This document shows positions 29,357 to 47,558 of a DNA stretch of 64,000 nt, in pieces. Origin of the DNA: the human T2T-CHM13v2.0 reference genome, Homo sapiens; assembly GCF_009914755.1 (NCBI RefSeq), contig NC_060932.1; one strand, 5' to 3'. The notes beneath the pieces were generated by a model. That model had not been told where the DNA came from, did not search any database, and saw only the letters and a program-made list of their open reading frames with translations. Made by a program: the position numbers and the translations under genes. Position 1 is the first letter of the stretch. Every line of letters begins with the position of its first letter.

Positions 29357-29455
29357 CAGATGGTCTCTGTCTTTTGATGGTTTGACTTAGCAATTTTTCA
29401 ACTTTACAGTGGTGCAAAAGTGACATTCAGTAGAAACTGTATTTCAGATTTTGAT
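29357..29455. mobile_element. Tigger3/MER7-like terminal fragment
   Basis: ta|cagatggtctc...tttttcaactttac...cattcagtagaaac. Confidence 0.6.
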
Positions 29456-29459
29456 CTTT

Positions 29460-30212
<753 letters not shown>

Positions 30213-30884
30213 ACCTATCACTTTTATAAGTTATAGGGAAAAAAATTCTCTATATTTTCTTCGTATTACTATACTTTGTGATATGATGGATTCATTGTTT
30301 TACATTTCTAAACAGATACTCAGATGTTAAATTTATCCATGAAAAGAAAACGTTATTAAAATTTTAAAGCTCTAAATAATAAATCATCAAGGCCAATTAG
30401 TAGAGTTAGAAAGAAACTTGATGATTGTCTGGCTCAATTCTCTGATTCTCTGTACATATAGTAAAATTATGTCCAAAAAGATGAAATAATATATGGAAAG
30501 TTACACAGTTGGTTAAACCCCTCCCATCTTCTAAAGGTAGTGAGGAAAATTCAGAATTAGCTGTATATGCAAATTTTCTCTCTCTTATCAGTCAACAATT
30601 TAGACAAGTTTTCTAGTAAGAAGGGTATGAGGACAGACAGAGGCTTGCTTTGTACCTGCTGTGTGCTAGGGACACACTCTTGCAAGTGATTTCTGTCCTA
30701 ATAGAGCTGGGGGTCACGTTCTGTTATGGGAGAGCCTATAAAGCATGATACAATTAATAAAAATAATAGCTTTATTTGAGGGCCTTCCTGTTCTACACAC
30801 TGTGCTTTTTGAGAGGTGATGGTTGTTTGTGAGATTCAGTATCTGGGATAATAAGATAGGCGTTGAAAAAAGAAAAAGGGAAAA

Positions 30885-31240
30885 AAGTCAGCATCCAACT
30901 GGAGAAGCAGAACCAGCAGGATATATGTGTGCATGTGATTAGATAGATAGAGATGGGAGTTGAAATTGAAATTGATTGTTTATTTGGTTTATGTGATTTT
31001 GGGGGCTGGACAAGCAAGTCTGAAATCCTCAGGACAGGCTGTAACCCACAGGTATGGCTAAAGTTGCTGTCCACAGGTGGAATTATTTCTTCTCTCTAGG
31101 AAGCCCCTGTCGCACTTAAAGTCAGCTGATTATGGATTTTTATTACTTGTATGATGCCTTCACAGCAACGCCTAGATTAGTGTTTGATTGCATAACTAGG
31201 GTAGGGCCTAGCCAAACTGATGCATCAAAAAGACCGTCAT
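30885..31240 (-). mobile_element. MLT2-like (ERVL) LTR
   Basis: gaagcagaaccagcagga...cacagcaacgcctagattagtgtttga...ctagccaaactga. Confidence 0.6.
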
Positions 31241-31879
31241 TTTGTTTTCATTTTTATTGAAGTATATTATGCACACAGAAAAATGCATATATACTAAGTG
31301 TATAGCTCAAATAATTGTTATAAACTGGACACACTCAGGTAACCAGTACTGTACAGGGTCCCTTTTGTATCTATATATTTAATTTGCTTCTTATAACAGT
31401 TCATTGAGGTGTAGAGATTTCCTCCATTTTATAGATAAGGATTCTAAGGCTCAGAAAGGTCAAGTACCCTGTGTTACAGCTAATAAATGACAGAGCTGGG
31501 ATTCTAATCAGGGTTTTGAGGCATATATAAAGTATTATGGGAGCCCAAGGCTGAAATTGATTCATTCATTGGCGTATATGATTGTGGGGGCTAAACCATT
31601 AGTTTTGCTTGGGGATTGGTAGAATCTTTGGAACAGGAATGTTCTACCAAAGAGGGTATATGAAGCTTTGAGTTGTCTTAAAGCATGAATTTAAATTTGC
31701 CAGGGAGTGAAAAGTTCCTTTATAAAAGGTACCAGCAAAAAGATATGATATCATTTCAGGGGACAATGGTTTGTTGTTGCTAACTATAGAGTCTTTACAC
31801 TGTATTGTCATAGTATTAATCTCTTAGAGTAATAATTTTCAGCTCAAAAAGAACCTTGTGTACTGTTTTGAAGAGCTTG

Positions 31880-32850
<971 letters not shown>

Positions 32851-32894
32851 GCAGATACATTATATAGATACAGTTTATGGACACAAATATATTT

Positions 32895-34278
32895 GTCTTC
32901 AATAAATTGTGCTGGGAAAACTGGATAGCCATGTGCAGGAATAAATTAGACCTCTGTCTCTCACCATATAGAAAAATCAGCTCAAAGTGGATGAAAGACT
33001 TTGGTCTTTCAAAACTAGACCCAAAACTGTAAAACTACTAGAAGAAAATATTGGGAAAATGCTTCAGGACATTGGTCAAGGCAAAGATATTATGGATAAG
33101 TCTTCAAAAGCACAAAAAGCAAACAAAAAGGCAACAAAAGCAAAATAGACAAATGGGATTATATCAAACTAAAATCCTTCACAGCAAAGGAAACAATCAA
33201 TAGAGTGAAAACACAACTTTTAGAATGGGATAAAATATTTGCAAACTATTTATCTTACAAGGGATTCATATACAAGGAACTCAACAATAAAAAAAAAATC
33301 TGATTTAAAAATGAGGGAAGGATCTGAATGGACATTTCTCTAAAGAAGATACACAAATGGCCATCAAGTATATGAAAAAATGCTCAGCATCAGTAATCAT
33401 CAGGGAAATGCAAGCCAGTACCGCAGTGAGATAACATCTCATCTTAGTTAGAATGGCTATTATCAAAAAGACAAAAAAGAACATGCTGGTGAGGATTCAG
33501 AGAAAAGAGAATTCTTATACACTGTTGATGGGAATTTAAATTATAGTCACTAAGAGAAACAATATCAAGATTCCTCCAAGAACTAAAAACAAAACTACCA
33601 TATGATCCAGCAGTCCCACTACTGGGTATTTATCCAAAGGAAAATAAATCATTATATCAAAGTAGTGTTAATATCTGCACTCCCATGTTTGTTGCAGCAC
33701 TATTCACAGTAGCCAAGATATAGAATCAACCTAAGTGTCCAGCAGTAGATGAATGGATAATGAAAATGTGGTAAATATACACAATGGAATACTATTCAGC
33801 CATAAAAAAGGATGAAATCCTGTCATTTGTGGCAACATGGGTGAGACTGCAGGACGTTATGTAAAGTGAAATAAGTCAGGTACAGAAAAGTAAATACTGC
33901 ATGTTCTCGTATCCACAATAAGTAGTAGCTTAAAAAGTTGAGCTCATAAAGGCAGAAAGTAGAATTGTGGGTATTAGAGGCCGGGAAGGGTAGGGGAAAG
34001 GTGAGGATAGGGAGTGGTTGGGTAATAGGTACAAAATTACAGCAGGAATAAGTTCTCCTGTTCTATAGTACTATAGGGTGACTATGATTAATAATTTCTT
34101 GTATATTTTCAAATAGCTACAAGAGAGGATTTTTGAATGTTACCAACATAACAAAAAATGATAAATGTTTGAGGTGAACAGATATGCTGATTACCCTGAT
34201 TGATTTACACATTGTATACATGTATATCACTCTTATAAATAAGTACAATTATATGTCAATTAAAATTTAAAAAAAAAT
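32895..34278 (+). mobile_element. L1 3' fragment (decayed end of ORF2 plus 3'UTR; L1MA-like)
   Basis: tgctgggaaaactggatagcc, ccatatgatccagcagtcccactactgggtat, tggaatactattcagccataaaaaag; A-rich end. Confidence 0.9.
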
Positions 34279-34292
34279 TTTAAGAACACGGA

Positions 34293-34438
<146 letters not shown>

Positions 34439-34989
34439 AGGAAGAAGAAGAATATGGAATCCTGAAAATGAGGAACCAAAGAAATAAGCATTTTCTGTAT
34501 TTAACCAACACTTAGTCAGAATGAGATTAGTATTACTAGAGTGATATATATTCTCTCTTGTGAAGTGGGAAAGGGTTTTCTGGTTCTTCTATCACTTAAA
34601 TGATTACCAAACTCTTAGATGATTCTTGAAGTCTCTCAAGAAAACATGTGATTTCTAACTATATATATTTTTTCTATACCATATGAAAAAATTGGGGATG
34701 TTAAATAATTGCTCACCTATTTTGAACTTTCACACCTTTTAAAAGATCATTTTTCTTTCATGCTAGGTTTTGGACATAGAGCAAATTCCTTTGGTATGCT
34801 TGATAACTAACTCTTTTAACTTAGAAAAACTGTTCTTTTGTCTTCTGTCCTACACCTGAAAGTCTGTTCAAAAGAGTTAAAAATTGGGTAAAATGAGTTT
34901 GACTTTGGGCCTTTTGTAATAGAACAAAGAAGAAAACTGTAAGATCACATGTTTTGAAATTCCAGTTTCTTTTCACTGTCATTTCTTCA

Positions 34990-35338
<349 letters not shown>

Positions 35339-35353
35339 CTAAATTAAGTATCA

Positions 35354-35637
35354 TTTGTTTGTTTTTTGAGAGAGTCTCATTCTGTTACCTACCCTGGAGG
35401 TCAGTGGTGTGATCATAGCAGCCTTGAACTCCTGGGTTCAGACTATCCTCCCACCTCAGTCTCTCAAGTAACTGGAACTACAGATGCGCACCACCACACC
35501 CATCTTTTTTTTTTTGTCTTTTTTTGTTTTAAAAGACTGTCTCCCTATGTTGCCCAGGCTGGTCTTGAACTCCTGGGCTCAAGGCCTACCTTGGCCTCCC
35601 AAAGTGCTCGGATTACAGGCTTGAGCCACAGCACCAA
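35354..35637 (-). mobile_element. AluJ
   Basis: Diverged dimeric Alu. Confidence 0.85.
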
Positions 35638-36619
35638 GTTTGTTACCCTTTCTCATAGCATTCTATTTTCTTTCAAATCAGTCATTATAATTATTTCAGA
35701 TTATTCATATACAGTATATTATTTCAGTATTCAGTTTGTTTAATTTCTCTACCTGAACTAGACTGTAAGCTCTGTACACAGGAACCATGTTGGTTTTCCA
35801 CACTACTGTATTTTCAAGTCCTAGTGCAGTGATACTTAGCATTCAATAAAGACTTTGAGTAAGTGAGTGAATGAATGAATGAATGGTGACTGCTTTTAGT
35901 ATTTTTAGAAGTGCAGGATGCTATCAATTAAGCAGCCTTTGTCTAGTGTGAGGATGAGGAAATGTTTCTTAGAGGACTTGAAAATGAGTAAGAAGGGGGT
36001 ATGGTATTCAGTATCCAATTTTCCTTAGAGGGCAAGTAGGATGAATATAGAAAATTTTCCTTTGAATTTAGAAATGTGGGAGTCATTCATGACCGTAACG
36101 GGGTCAATTTTAATAGAGTGAAGGAATGCAATTCAGATTCCATTTGCTTGTGAAATGAATTAGCGAGAAAACAGAGCAAGGAGCTTTTCCCAGAAAAGTA
36201 GATCTCAGACACTTATTGCTGGCTTATTTGTTTGTTCATAGGGGAGTATGATAAAATGAACTATTAACTATGCTTTAAATATTTTCACTGTAACACAAAA
36301 AACAAAAGTGCACAAAAACAGTACTGTAGTAGAGGCTACCAGAAGGACCTGGTTAGTTGTCATCTGTGAGTTTAGCTGCCATATTTATCTTTCACATTGA
36401 AATATTAAATGTGTAAGAAAGGGTGAAAATGTACTTTAGATTGGTTTACAGCTTCCACCTAAATCATCAGTCCTCTTATTTTGCAAGAAATTAGAGTACT
36501 GAGGAAATCATGGTAGATTATTCACAGTGCACCAGAAACCCTGGCTGCCTCTTTTCCATGTCCTTTTTGTAAAGCATCTTAATTTCTGTGAATTTTGTCT
36601 CTTATTTATTTTTTTTTAA

Positions 36620-36727
<108 letters not shown>

Positions 36728-37866
36728 TAAAAGTTTTGGATAGTTTAAATGGAAAATGCTAGAAGGTCCATTCTACTAGTGATGATGCTAAAATCAGTGA
36801 AACTGGATTTGTTGTTACGCTGTTTAATCTCTGTCACTTTTTTAAAAATATGTGTAGTAAAAATAAATATTACCTAACTTTGTAGAAGTGGTTAAAGAAG
36901 CTACTGCTGAAAGACAGTAGTTTTTAAGATTTCAATTGTAATTAGCGATGAAACAATTTAAGAGACAGTATCCAAGCATGGTAAGAGCAGAAACTTTGAC
37001 TCAGCTTGCTGGAAGTTAAATCAAGTCTCTGCTACTAACTTGCTGTGCAAGCCATTTCCCCGTTTCATGTCTCAGTTTCTCTTTCTGTTCAATGAGAGTA
37101 GTAGTACCAATCACATGAAGTTACTGTGAGCAGTGAGTTAGTAAATGTAAACCATTCAAGTGCCTGGCAATGTGGAAAGTGCTCTAGACTTTCTCATAAT
37201 TATTAACTGAGAAAAAATACCACTGGGCATTTTGTATTTTCCTCAGTTGTAAAGAGTAAATGAAATAGTTACTGGTAAGAAATAGTCAACAAATATTAGC
37301 TGTTATTATTTAAAATAGTGATTTTCCATTGTATTAATATGCAAAGGAAAAAATTAAGATGAGTGAAAAGCTAAAAACTTTAGGTAATCTTACTGTTTCG
37401 GGTTTTTATTTGTTTAAAAATTATATTCTGAAAGCTGAAGAATCTAGCTGGATTATTCTTCTGTGGCTGTAGCCCATTAACAACTAGAAATTAGTCAAAT
37501 ATGAAGACGAGATAATTGGAAATCTAGTCATTCTTTACAACGAATTGCTTAATGAATCTTTTTAGCCACTGACTGCTCATTTTCTGCTGACATTATTAAT
37601 TTACTATTTATAGCATGTTGATCCTTATGTTCTGTGTGTTTTTAAAATACCAAATCAGAGATAGAGCTCATGAATCACATTATTAATTAATAGTTTTCAA
37701 CCAAGCTACAGGTATAGTACTTTGTGGATATATTGAAATCTTTTGTTAGCAACTACTGTCATTAAGACTATCCGTATTCTATTTTACTTTTGATAGTTTT
37801 AAGTGTATACAATAATGATGGGTAAAACAGGTAACTCATGCTGGTCCTGATAACTTTGTTTTAACA

Positions 37867-38163
37867 TTTTGTTTTGTTTTTTGAGAAAGAGTCTCGTTTT
37901 GTAGACTAGAGTGAGGTGCGGTGGTGCAATCACAGCTCACTGCAGCCCCCAAATCCCTGGCTCATTATCTTCCCATCTCAGCTTCCCAGGTAGCTAGGAC
38001 TACAGGCGTGCACTACCATGCCTGGCTAATTTTTTGTGTTTTTGGTAGAGACAGTGTTTTGCCTTGTTGCCCAAGCTGGTTTCGCACTCCTGGGCTCAGG
38101 CGATCTGCCGGCCTTGGCCTCCCAAAGTGCTGGGATTACAGGTGTGAGCCACCGCACTGGCCT
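37867..38163 (-). mobile_element. AluJ
   Basis: Diverged dimeric Alu. Confidence 0.87.
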
Positions 38164-38407
38164 GTTTAATGAGCTCTCTTCGCTGCCCTCTCTATAGGAT
38201 TTGCTCTTTGCTTAATAGGTTTGAAACTAGCCAACTTTAGGCATGACTCATTTCTAAGACAACTGGCAAAACAGTTGTATTTAGTATAGGATACTAAACA
38301 ACAGTGTTCTTCCTTTTCTTAGAATCTTATGTATAAATTTCTAAGTTGGTATGGCACACCGAGTGGAGAGGATGGACCTGAGCCTGCTGTCAGAAGTTGA
38401 CTTAAGC

Positions 38408-38632
38408 CCAGCGTGTCCAACCCACAACCTGCATGCAGCCCAGGACAGTTTTGAATGAGGCCCAACACAAATTCATATATTTTCTTGAAACACTATGAGA
38501 TTTTTTTTGTTTTTTGTTTTTTGTTTTTTTTTTTTAGCTCATCACCTGTCAGTGTTAGTGTATTTTATGTGTGGCCCAAGACAGTTATTCTTCCAGTGTT
38601 GCCCAGAGAAGCCAAAAGATCAGACACCTCTG
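38408..38632 (-). mobile_element. MER30 (hAT-Charlie MITE)
   Basis: gtgttagtgtattttatgtgtggcccaagaca...gccaaaagat matches the reverse MER30 consensus; inverted termini. Confidence 0.8.
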
Positions 38633-41099
38633 CCATAGGCTATACTTGCGGGGAAAGAGAAAGGAGTAGACCCAAGAATTGTTTGGAAAACTGTAACTCA
38701 TATAAACTGCCAGCTGGCGTCACACTATGTTTGCTAATGGCAGGCACTGGGAAATAAGAGTCTGAAAGAAAAGAAAAACCAAGGATCTTTTTCTCCTTGG
38801 GTTGACTGTGTGTTCTCCATTCCTCTGGCTCCAGCCCCTGCCTGGCAGGCCCAAATGGTCTGGTTCTTGAGCTCTGATAATCTTTTTCCGTGTCATCTTT
38901 CCAGCCTAGGGGTGGTAGCAGCTTCCTGCTGTTTGTAATCTCTGGGTTTATACCCCATCTCTTCTTTGGGTTTTTGGGGGCTTGCTCTTTACTGTAACCA
39001 AGTCCCTACATTAAATTCCCTATGCCCTATGTACTTAAGTGTAGTTTCTGTTTTTCTGGTTGCACTGACTGGCATACCGTTTTTTTTCTTTCTAACTTTT
39101 ACAGTTGGTTGTAAATGACAAAAATTTACCTAGATGGTTTTAAACAAAAGGACAATTTATTATTTTAATATTTAGGTGTGTCTCAACGTGAGGGCAGGGA
39201 GCTAGCTGGGTCAGCCTGGAACCAGAGCTCAGAGCTCTTAAGGAGGGAACCCGGGAAATCCTGTTTCTCATTCTCCCATCCTTCCCTCATTGTCTCCCAT
39301 TCTCTTCTCATGCCTATTTCATTTTTCTCTCTCCCTGTTGACCATTGTTTTTGATTTTCCTGTCTCCATGTTGGGAAATGGCCATTGTCAATAACTCCAA
39401 AGTTCATATACCATTCAGGAGAGCAGAGATTCTCTTTAACTCAATTTGAAGTTTCCTAGGGACGAGAGTTCATTGGCTCAATTTGGTTCAGGCTCACTTA
39501 TCTCTTGTTCTGTCCACTCTTTTCATGGGCCCAGAATCACTTTTGTACAACATGGTTTCCAAATTGGTAGTCGTAGGAGCAATCTGGGTGAGTAGTCATA
39601 CATAGCCACTACCAGAATTCCCTCACACCTAGCTATTCTATTTAGTCATCATGTCCTTATCTTTTGTCCCCTGTAATGATCAGTTCTCTACTCTGTTTAT
39701 AAACCATTGACTCCTGAGCTCATGATTCTTCTCAGTCTGCCTCTCTTGCTTTCTCTCTTACTTTTCCCTAACACGTATAGACACTATGTGCCGTCAAGTC
39801 TTTGCTGCTTGCTACTCCCTGAATACTTAGTACTTTTTCATACCCTCAATCTTTCTCTTCTCAGAGGATGCCATTGCTTGACATCTCTGCTTATTACAGT
39901 TCTTTTCTGAACAACTGTCCATATCCCAAACCATAGCTCCCATTTAAAGGAGGTAAGATTTGTATACCCACGCCTGTGGAGAAATATTGTTAACAGGAAA
40001 GGAACAAGTACTGTATAGGCACACAGTTTCAATATAATGCTCCACACCAATAGGGATTCTTAGTAGCTCATGCATTAGAAATCCATTGTTCATAATCAGG
40101 ATTAGTCCTCCTAAAAAGGCAAAGCAAATTTTATGGAAGATGAATGTAGGAAGTCCCATCTTTTTACCTGCTGTGTGTTAAGGGAAACTACACCCAGTAC
40201 ACATTCATAAAATGGATTGTTTTTTGTTGGGGTCATAGTCCAGCCATGGCTTTAGCAACAGTCTGTTATTAAAGAACAAAGATGGTAGCTAACATGAACT
40301 ATTTTTTTAAATTGAAATTTTATTTTAGATCCTATAAAGTGAATGTAAATGTGCTCTATACATTCACTATGCAGAGTCTCAATATTTAAGATGTTTCAGG
40401 ATATTTGAGGTAATGATACTTAAAAAAATTATCTGAAGCAAACAGAATATTTAGGATCATAAAACTGTTCTGAGCATACTGATAGGTGCTTAATGTTCAT
40501 TGTCGATAATGATAATTACATTGTTTTTACTGAAAACCATTTTTTAAAGTGAAAGCCGACCCAGTTGCTCTTCCTCTGGAAGAGGAAGAGTAAAGGGGTG
40601 CTTCTTGCCACTACCACTTATGTAGAGTTGCATATATACATTGAAAGGGTATTCAGTACCACCATTCATTCAGTCAAGCTAAATACAGGCCAGTAGAAGC
40701 AGTATTGTTAATGCATGTTTTTGCCTTCATTGGCCCAAGGCCTACTTAACATTTTTGACACCCATCACAGCAATTTATCTTTCAGAGATAAAAAAAAAAA
40801 TAGCAGATTATTATCACATATTTTTAAAAAGAACATTAGAATTTTTGGTAAAATAAGTAGTAAGACAGTATCTTGACTCTGCTGCATACTTGCTTTTGCT
40901 GGATGACTAAATGAGGGTGAAAAATTTAAGGTTGGTTTATGACTAAGAAGGTATTAAATGATAGAAAAGAGAAAATAAAAGACCGTAAAAGTTTTTAAAA
41001 GCCTCTATACAAATATTCTTTAACCTTTGACTATCTTTGAGTCATAGAAACAGTTTATAAATAGCTTCATGGACACAATTCAGAAGGTACAGACTAGAG

Positions 41100-41256
41100 C
41101 CTTGCTCCTCAAAAGATGGTTCATGTGCTGTTGTGCTGGACCAGCAGCAGCATCAGTATCACGTGGGAGCTTGTTAAAGAACCTACTGAATCATAATTTG
41201 CATTTTAACAGGATCGCCAAGTGATTCATATGGGCACTGAAGGTTAAAAAGCACTG
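41100..41256. mobile_element. MER5A-like fragment
   Basis: gaccagcagc...gggagcttgtta...tgcattttaacaggatc...aagcactg. Confidence 0.65.
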
Positions 41257-41499
41257 GAGGTAATGGCTTTTAAATATTGATTACCCAGCTGGAAATACAC
41301 TTTATGTGCTTTGCCTTGTGCACACATCCTGGCCTCTCAGTGGCTTTACTTCTCCCCGCCGTGTGATCTTGGTTCCACCCTGCTTCAGCTACTCCCTCCC
41401 ATAGTTTCTCTCAGAACTCATCATTACCAATATCTGGAACCATTTCAGAATTTAGTTTCATGCATTTGACTATTTGACTTTGTATCCCATCCTTCCTGC

Positions 41500-42655
41500 T
41501 CACTTTCTTTAGTCCCTAATTACTAACAATTTTTTTACCTCATCAGAATTATGCCATTGATTCTAGTATCTTTTCACTCTCATCTCTCTTGTGTTGCTAC
41601 TTTCCTCCTTACCCAGATTCAACTTTAATAGCTGTGCCCTTATAATCATTCCTGCATGCACCCACAGTTTTCTTGTCCCTCTCATGCTGTATCATAGTCT
41701 CGTGGCTAAACCATAGGTTAAATCTAGCCATCTATTCCTGACATTTACAGCTAGACAGGTCTGGAGAAAAGCACAGAGCCATGCTAACTAGTCTCATTTT
41801 AATTTCTTGGACACTCACATCAAGTAAATCCTTAGTACTACCTGACAATTGTACTTTTATTTCCATTATATTCACCCTTTAGTTTCCTGTAGAACGATAT
41901 CATACTTTCTTGCTCTTTAAGCAGACATCTTTGCTATCTTTACTCTCAGCTGATAACCTTGGTTTTGGTTTCACTCAGAAAATAGAGGCAAGTAGAAGAG
42001 GATTTTCACAGGTTTCCACCACTGCATTGACCCACCTACCTGCATTGTGCCCTATAAACTAAGCCTTTCCCTTGGTGCTGTGGGTAAACTTAAGTTCTTA
42101 GCCAGGGCCTACTGAAGGACACTGCTTTAGTAGTTCTTTTTGCTTTCAGGCATCATTACTTTTTCCTTTTTTGATGGTTATTTTTAATGTCTCTATTTTC
42201 TTTTCCAGCTTTTAATCCTTTTCTCTCATATTAGCAAAATTCCACAGAATGAATTGTTCATATTTTCTGTCTACAGTTTCCACCTATTTTATGAACCCAT
42301 TCCACTTATCCCTCCTCCCCCATGTACAGATCTAGCTACTTACTCAACATCTCCTTCTCTTAGATGTCTAATAGACATCTTAAACTGAACATGTCCCAAA
42401 TAGTTTCTGATTTTTCCTTCTCAAGTCTTAAGATGAGTGTATATGTACATACCCATATTCATACCCATACCGCATTCATACCCATCCTCCCACCTAGATT
42501 TACTGTTCTTAACATTTTAAACAAGTAAATATAAGTAAATAGATTTTCCCCCACCAATAAAAAGTAAGGTCCATGACAGCAGATGGTTCTCTGTTTTGTT
42601 TATTGCTGTATCTGCACCTGGTACATACTAGGGACTTTAAAAATATTTGCTAAAT
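41500..42655 (+). mobile_element. L2 remnant
   Basis: ggagaaaagcacagagccatgctaac, gatgtctaatagacatcttaaactgaacatgtcc, 3' end cacctggtacatactagg. Confidence 0.6.
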
Positions 42656-42921
42656 ATACTACCTACTTAGTGGAGGAAAACTTCATAAAGCTGTACTTGC
42701 CATTGCAGGGCTTAATGCTTGCATTCCTATATGTTATACTATTCAGTTATGTTGTTTACAAATAAGGCACAGCCCACTAATTCCCACTACATTTATTTCA
42801 CTACCTACAAATGGACAGTTTGACCAATGTTAGTCTAGCGGCTAGGCCATCTATATGTTGATTTCACCTTCTTACCTATCTCTCCCACTTCCTTAAACCA
42901 GTCAGCCTATAAGAAATGATT

Positions 42922-43328
<407 letters not shown>

Positions 43329-43448
43329 TTATTTGGGATTCAGTTTTCTAGTAACTTGAGTTGCCTAGAACAACATTGCCAAGAAGTTAGAATAATAGTT
43401 TAAAAGACCTCTCGAACTTCTCATTAAGCTCTGAAAAAGTCTCTGTAG

Positions 43449-43755
<307 letters not shown>

Positions 43756-44344
43756 CTCTGTAGCTGATTTTTAAAATGTGAAAGTATTTTCCTCTCAGAA
43801 TATGATCATTGTGAAAATGTTGTAAAAATCTGGAGAAAGTTAAATTCCCTATATAACTTTGGCCCTCCAGCAACCACTGAGTGGTGTATGTTTGGTGTGT
43901 GTTAGTGCCTTCTAAAGCTTTTAAATGTATTCCTAAACACACACACAAAGCTGTTCTAATTTGCACTTTCCCCACTGATGTATCAAAGTGCGCATTCCTC
44001 CTCATCCTTGCTTCTACTGCAGCTCATTCAGTTTTTAATGTTTGTAAATTAGAGTCAAAAAAATTTTTACTTTTTCGTTCTTTTTTAGTGAGGCTGAGCA
44101 TTTTTCGTATGTTTAAGAACTATTTATCTTCTCTTTGATTTTACTTGTTATATATCTTTGTCTTTTTTTTGTTTGCTACTTTGAATTATTAAGGGATAAC
44201 TAGTTTTTTTGTTTTTTTGTTTTTTAACTCAAATCTACTGTGGCTTCCTAGCCTTGCTGTATGCAAAAATTACATACAATGTCCTAAATATTCTTCTGTA
44301 ACTATAAATTTGCATTCTATTTGGTATGTGGTCATGTATATCAT

Positions 44345-44700
44345 TTTCTTTTTTTAAATTTTATTTTAGATATGGGGGTACATGTGCATGTTTGTTACAT
44401 GAGTATATTGTGTACTGGTGGACATTGGGCTTCTAGCATACCCGTTAACCCAAATAGTGAACGTGGTTCTCAATAGGTAACTTTTCATCCCTTACCCCCT
44501 TCCCAAACTCCACTTTTTTGGAGTTCCCAGTATCTGTTATTTCCATCTTTATGTCTGTCTGTACCCATTGTTTAGCTCCTACTTTATAAGCAAGAACACG
44601 CAGTATTTGATTTTTTGAGTTAGTTCACTGAGGATAATGGCCTTCAGCTCCATCCCTGCTGCTGCAAAAGACACGATTTCATTCTTTTTTATGGCTGCTA
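44345..44700 (-). mobile_element. L1PA (old primate) 3'-end fragment
   Basis: gggggtacatgtgcatgtttgttacatg...tttagctcctactttataag...ttcattcttttttatggctg. Confidence 0.8.
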
Positions 44701-44784
44701 TGTCTTTCTTTAATCCCTATATAGCTTGTGGCCTCACACCATTAATTAAATAAGCCATTCATTCTTGTCCTAATACCTTTGTAA

Positions 44785-45113
<329 letters not shown>

Positions 45114-47251
45114 CTCACATCTTTTTTTCTATTTCATGAGGCAATATCATACTGTGGTAGTTATTGCAACTTTGTAGTGTACTTCATACCAATTGGTGTT
45201 CTTTCTTTCCTAAGTTTTCTTGATCATCCTTGTGCATTTGTTCTTCCAGATGGAACTTTGCCAAGTTGCAAGATTTTTAGTGAGGCTTTTAAATTTGAAA
45301 ATAGTTTTATTCAATACATGGGCTAATTTGGAGATAATTTATGTTTTTACAGCATTGATTACCTGTTTATACACATAATATATGTTTTCACTTATTCAGA
45401 CTTTCTTAAATGCTGTTCAGTAAAATTTTATGGTTTTGTTCATATAGGCCTTATGCTTTTTTAAGTTTGGAGATTGTATAGATTTTGTTGTTATTGTAAG
45501 TAAATTTTTTTCATCATTGTTAAATTATTTTGCATGTTCTAGGTAGACTTTTTAGTCCTATCTGTAAGTTACAATTTTTTCCTAAGCCAAAATCTGTTTC
45601 TCTTAATTTTATTACTCTAATTTTTGACCAAAGTCTCTAGAATAATTTCCAAATTGAAAATATTATAATATTTTTCTCAGTATAATTTGAATTATTCTAG
45701 TGTTTTACCATTAAGTATGGTGTTTGCTGTTTTGTTTTACATAGAAAATTGAGGACATTACTTTTTGTATCTAGTTTTCCTTTATTTCTAGAATTAGGAA
45801 AAATCAGGCCACCTTCCCTCAAGTCTCCATTTTGAACTTCTGCAGTGTCTAGGTTTCAGGAACAGGAATGGGGGATAGGAGTCCATATGTTACCATGCTG
45901 GTAAGGAAGGCTGTTTGCTCTACACCTAGCTGTGCTCTCTGCTTAGCACCCCACCTAGTACCTCAGCAGCCTAGAAGTTCTAGCCTTGACATTACAAGGA
46001 GGCCTGAATGGGCATGCCCCAGCCTTACCTAGGTAAGGAGCCACATTCTGCCTCTGCACATATCTGTACCAGTGATTACCTGGCTCTGACAGATGGCTCT
46101 TTCTCACAGGGTCTCTCATCATTAGTCATGCGGATGGTAGTTTAGACATTCTAGTGCATAATATGGAATAATAATAATTATACCTAACATATTAAATACT
46201 ATGTGCCAGGCATTGTTCTATTTTATATGTAATCATCCTTTTAATCTTAAAAAAAAATCTCATGAGATAGGTATTATGAATACCATTTTACAGATGAGAA
46301 AACTAAGACAAAGAAGGGGCTTAATAACTTGCACAGGGTCACACAACCAAGTAGATATTGATTATGAATGCTCAGTAAATGATGCAAGGATGATAACGAT
46401 TGGAGACAATTAGAAAGTGTACCTATTCAGAGTATTTGATTGTGGAAGGTTGGAAGTGAATAACATATCTGAGAAAATAAGCATCACTCCCCGACAATGT
46501 CAGGTAAATGAGGTCTTGACTTTGACTCCACAGAAATTTATCTAGCAGCCAAATTGGCTGTTAATTGAAAATGGATCTGGGAAGAGGGCGTCAAAGGCAT
46601 AGAGAATAACAATTTATCACATAAAAAAAAAGGAGAAGGAAACCTTTCTAAATGGGATTCTCAAGCATGTATACATCTAAGGAAAATGATTTTAAAATGT
46701 TAATATTCCAGAGAAGAAATCAAGTTTTTGGTTTCTATATTTGTTTCTGAGGCTTCCAAGAGACTAGGATTCAGTATTTTCATTTGCCACATAGAATTAA
46801 AGGGGAATTGGACCCAGTTATGGGAAGGTAAATGGGAAAGAGTTATATTTCTGAAGCTGAAATTAAAGTGTGTTTGTTTTCGCTTTGATAGGAAAACAGA
46901 AATCATAGTTTTTCAGTAATCAGCACTTGTCAATTTTTCCTTTTGAGATGTGTATTTTTTTCCCACCACCATTTTTTAATCTCATGACTAAATATAATAC
47001 AATAGCCTTTTAACTGGTCTCTTTGCTTCTTGTTTCTGTTTGTTTGTTTGTTTGTTTGTTTTTAAATTATCCATCCTGACCTGGTTGATAAGTGAAGTTA
47101 AGATGTCTATTGTATTATGACATATTCCTGGTTTAGAAACATTCTTGATGTTTACTTAACAGGTTTATTTAAAATTGGATGTATTTTTAGAGGCAAAATC
47201 TTTGTTTAAAGATTTTAAGCTTCATAACTTCTGTCTGCTTACTTTATTAAT

Positions 47252-47558
47252 TGTTTTTATTTTTGTTTTTTGAGACAAGGTCTCACTCTGTCACCCAGGC
47301 TGGAAAGCAGTGGCACGATCATGGCTCACTGCAGCCTGGAGTTCCCAGGCTCAAGTGATCCTTCCGCACTTCAGCCTCCCAAGTAGCTGGGACCACAGGC
47401 ACCTGCCACCATACCTAGCTAATTTTTTAATTTTTCATGGAGACTGGGTCTCCCTACGTTGTCCAGGCTAGTTTCAAATTCCTAGGCTCAAGCAATCCTC
47501 CCGTCTCAGCCTCTCGAATTGTGGGATTACCGGCCACACTGAGCCTCTGGGCCCAGCT
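47252..47558 (-). mobile_element. AluJ
   Basis: Dimeric Alu. Confidence 0.88.

Noticed and set aside
32895-33900. L1 ORF2 coding potential
   Set aside because: Fragmented by stops and frameshifts; no ORF of 60 aa or more in the track
40568-40590. Perfect 10-bp hairpin ctcttcctct-gga-agaggaagag
   Set aside because: Low complexity; about one such stem is plausible by chance in 64 kb; no other support
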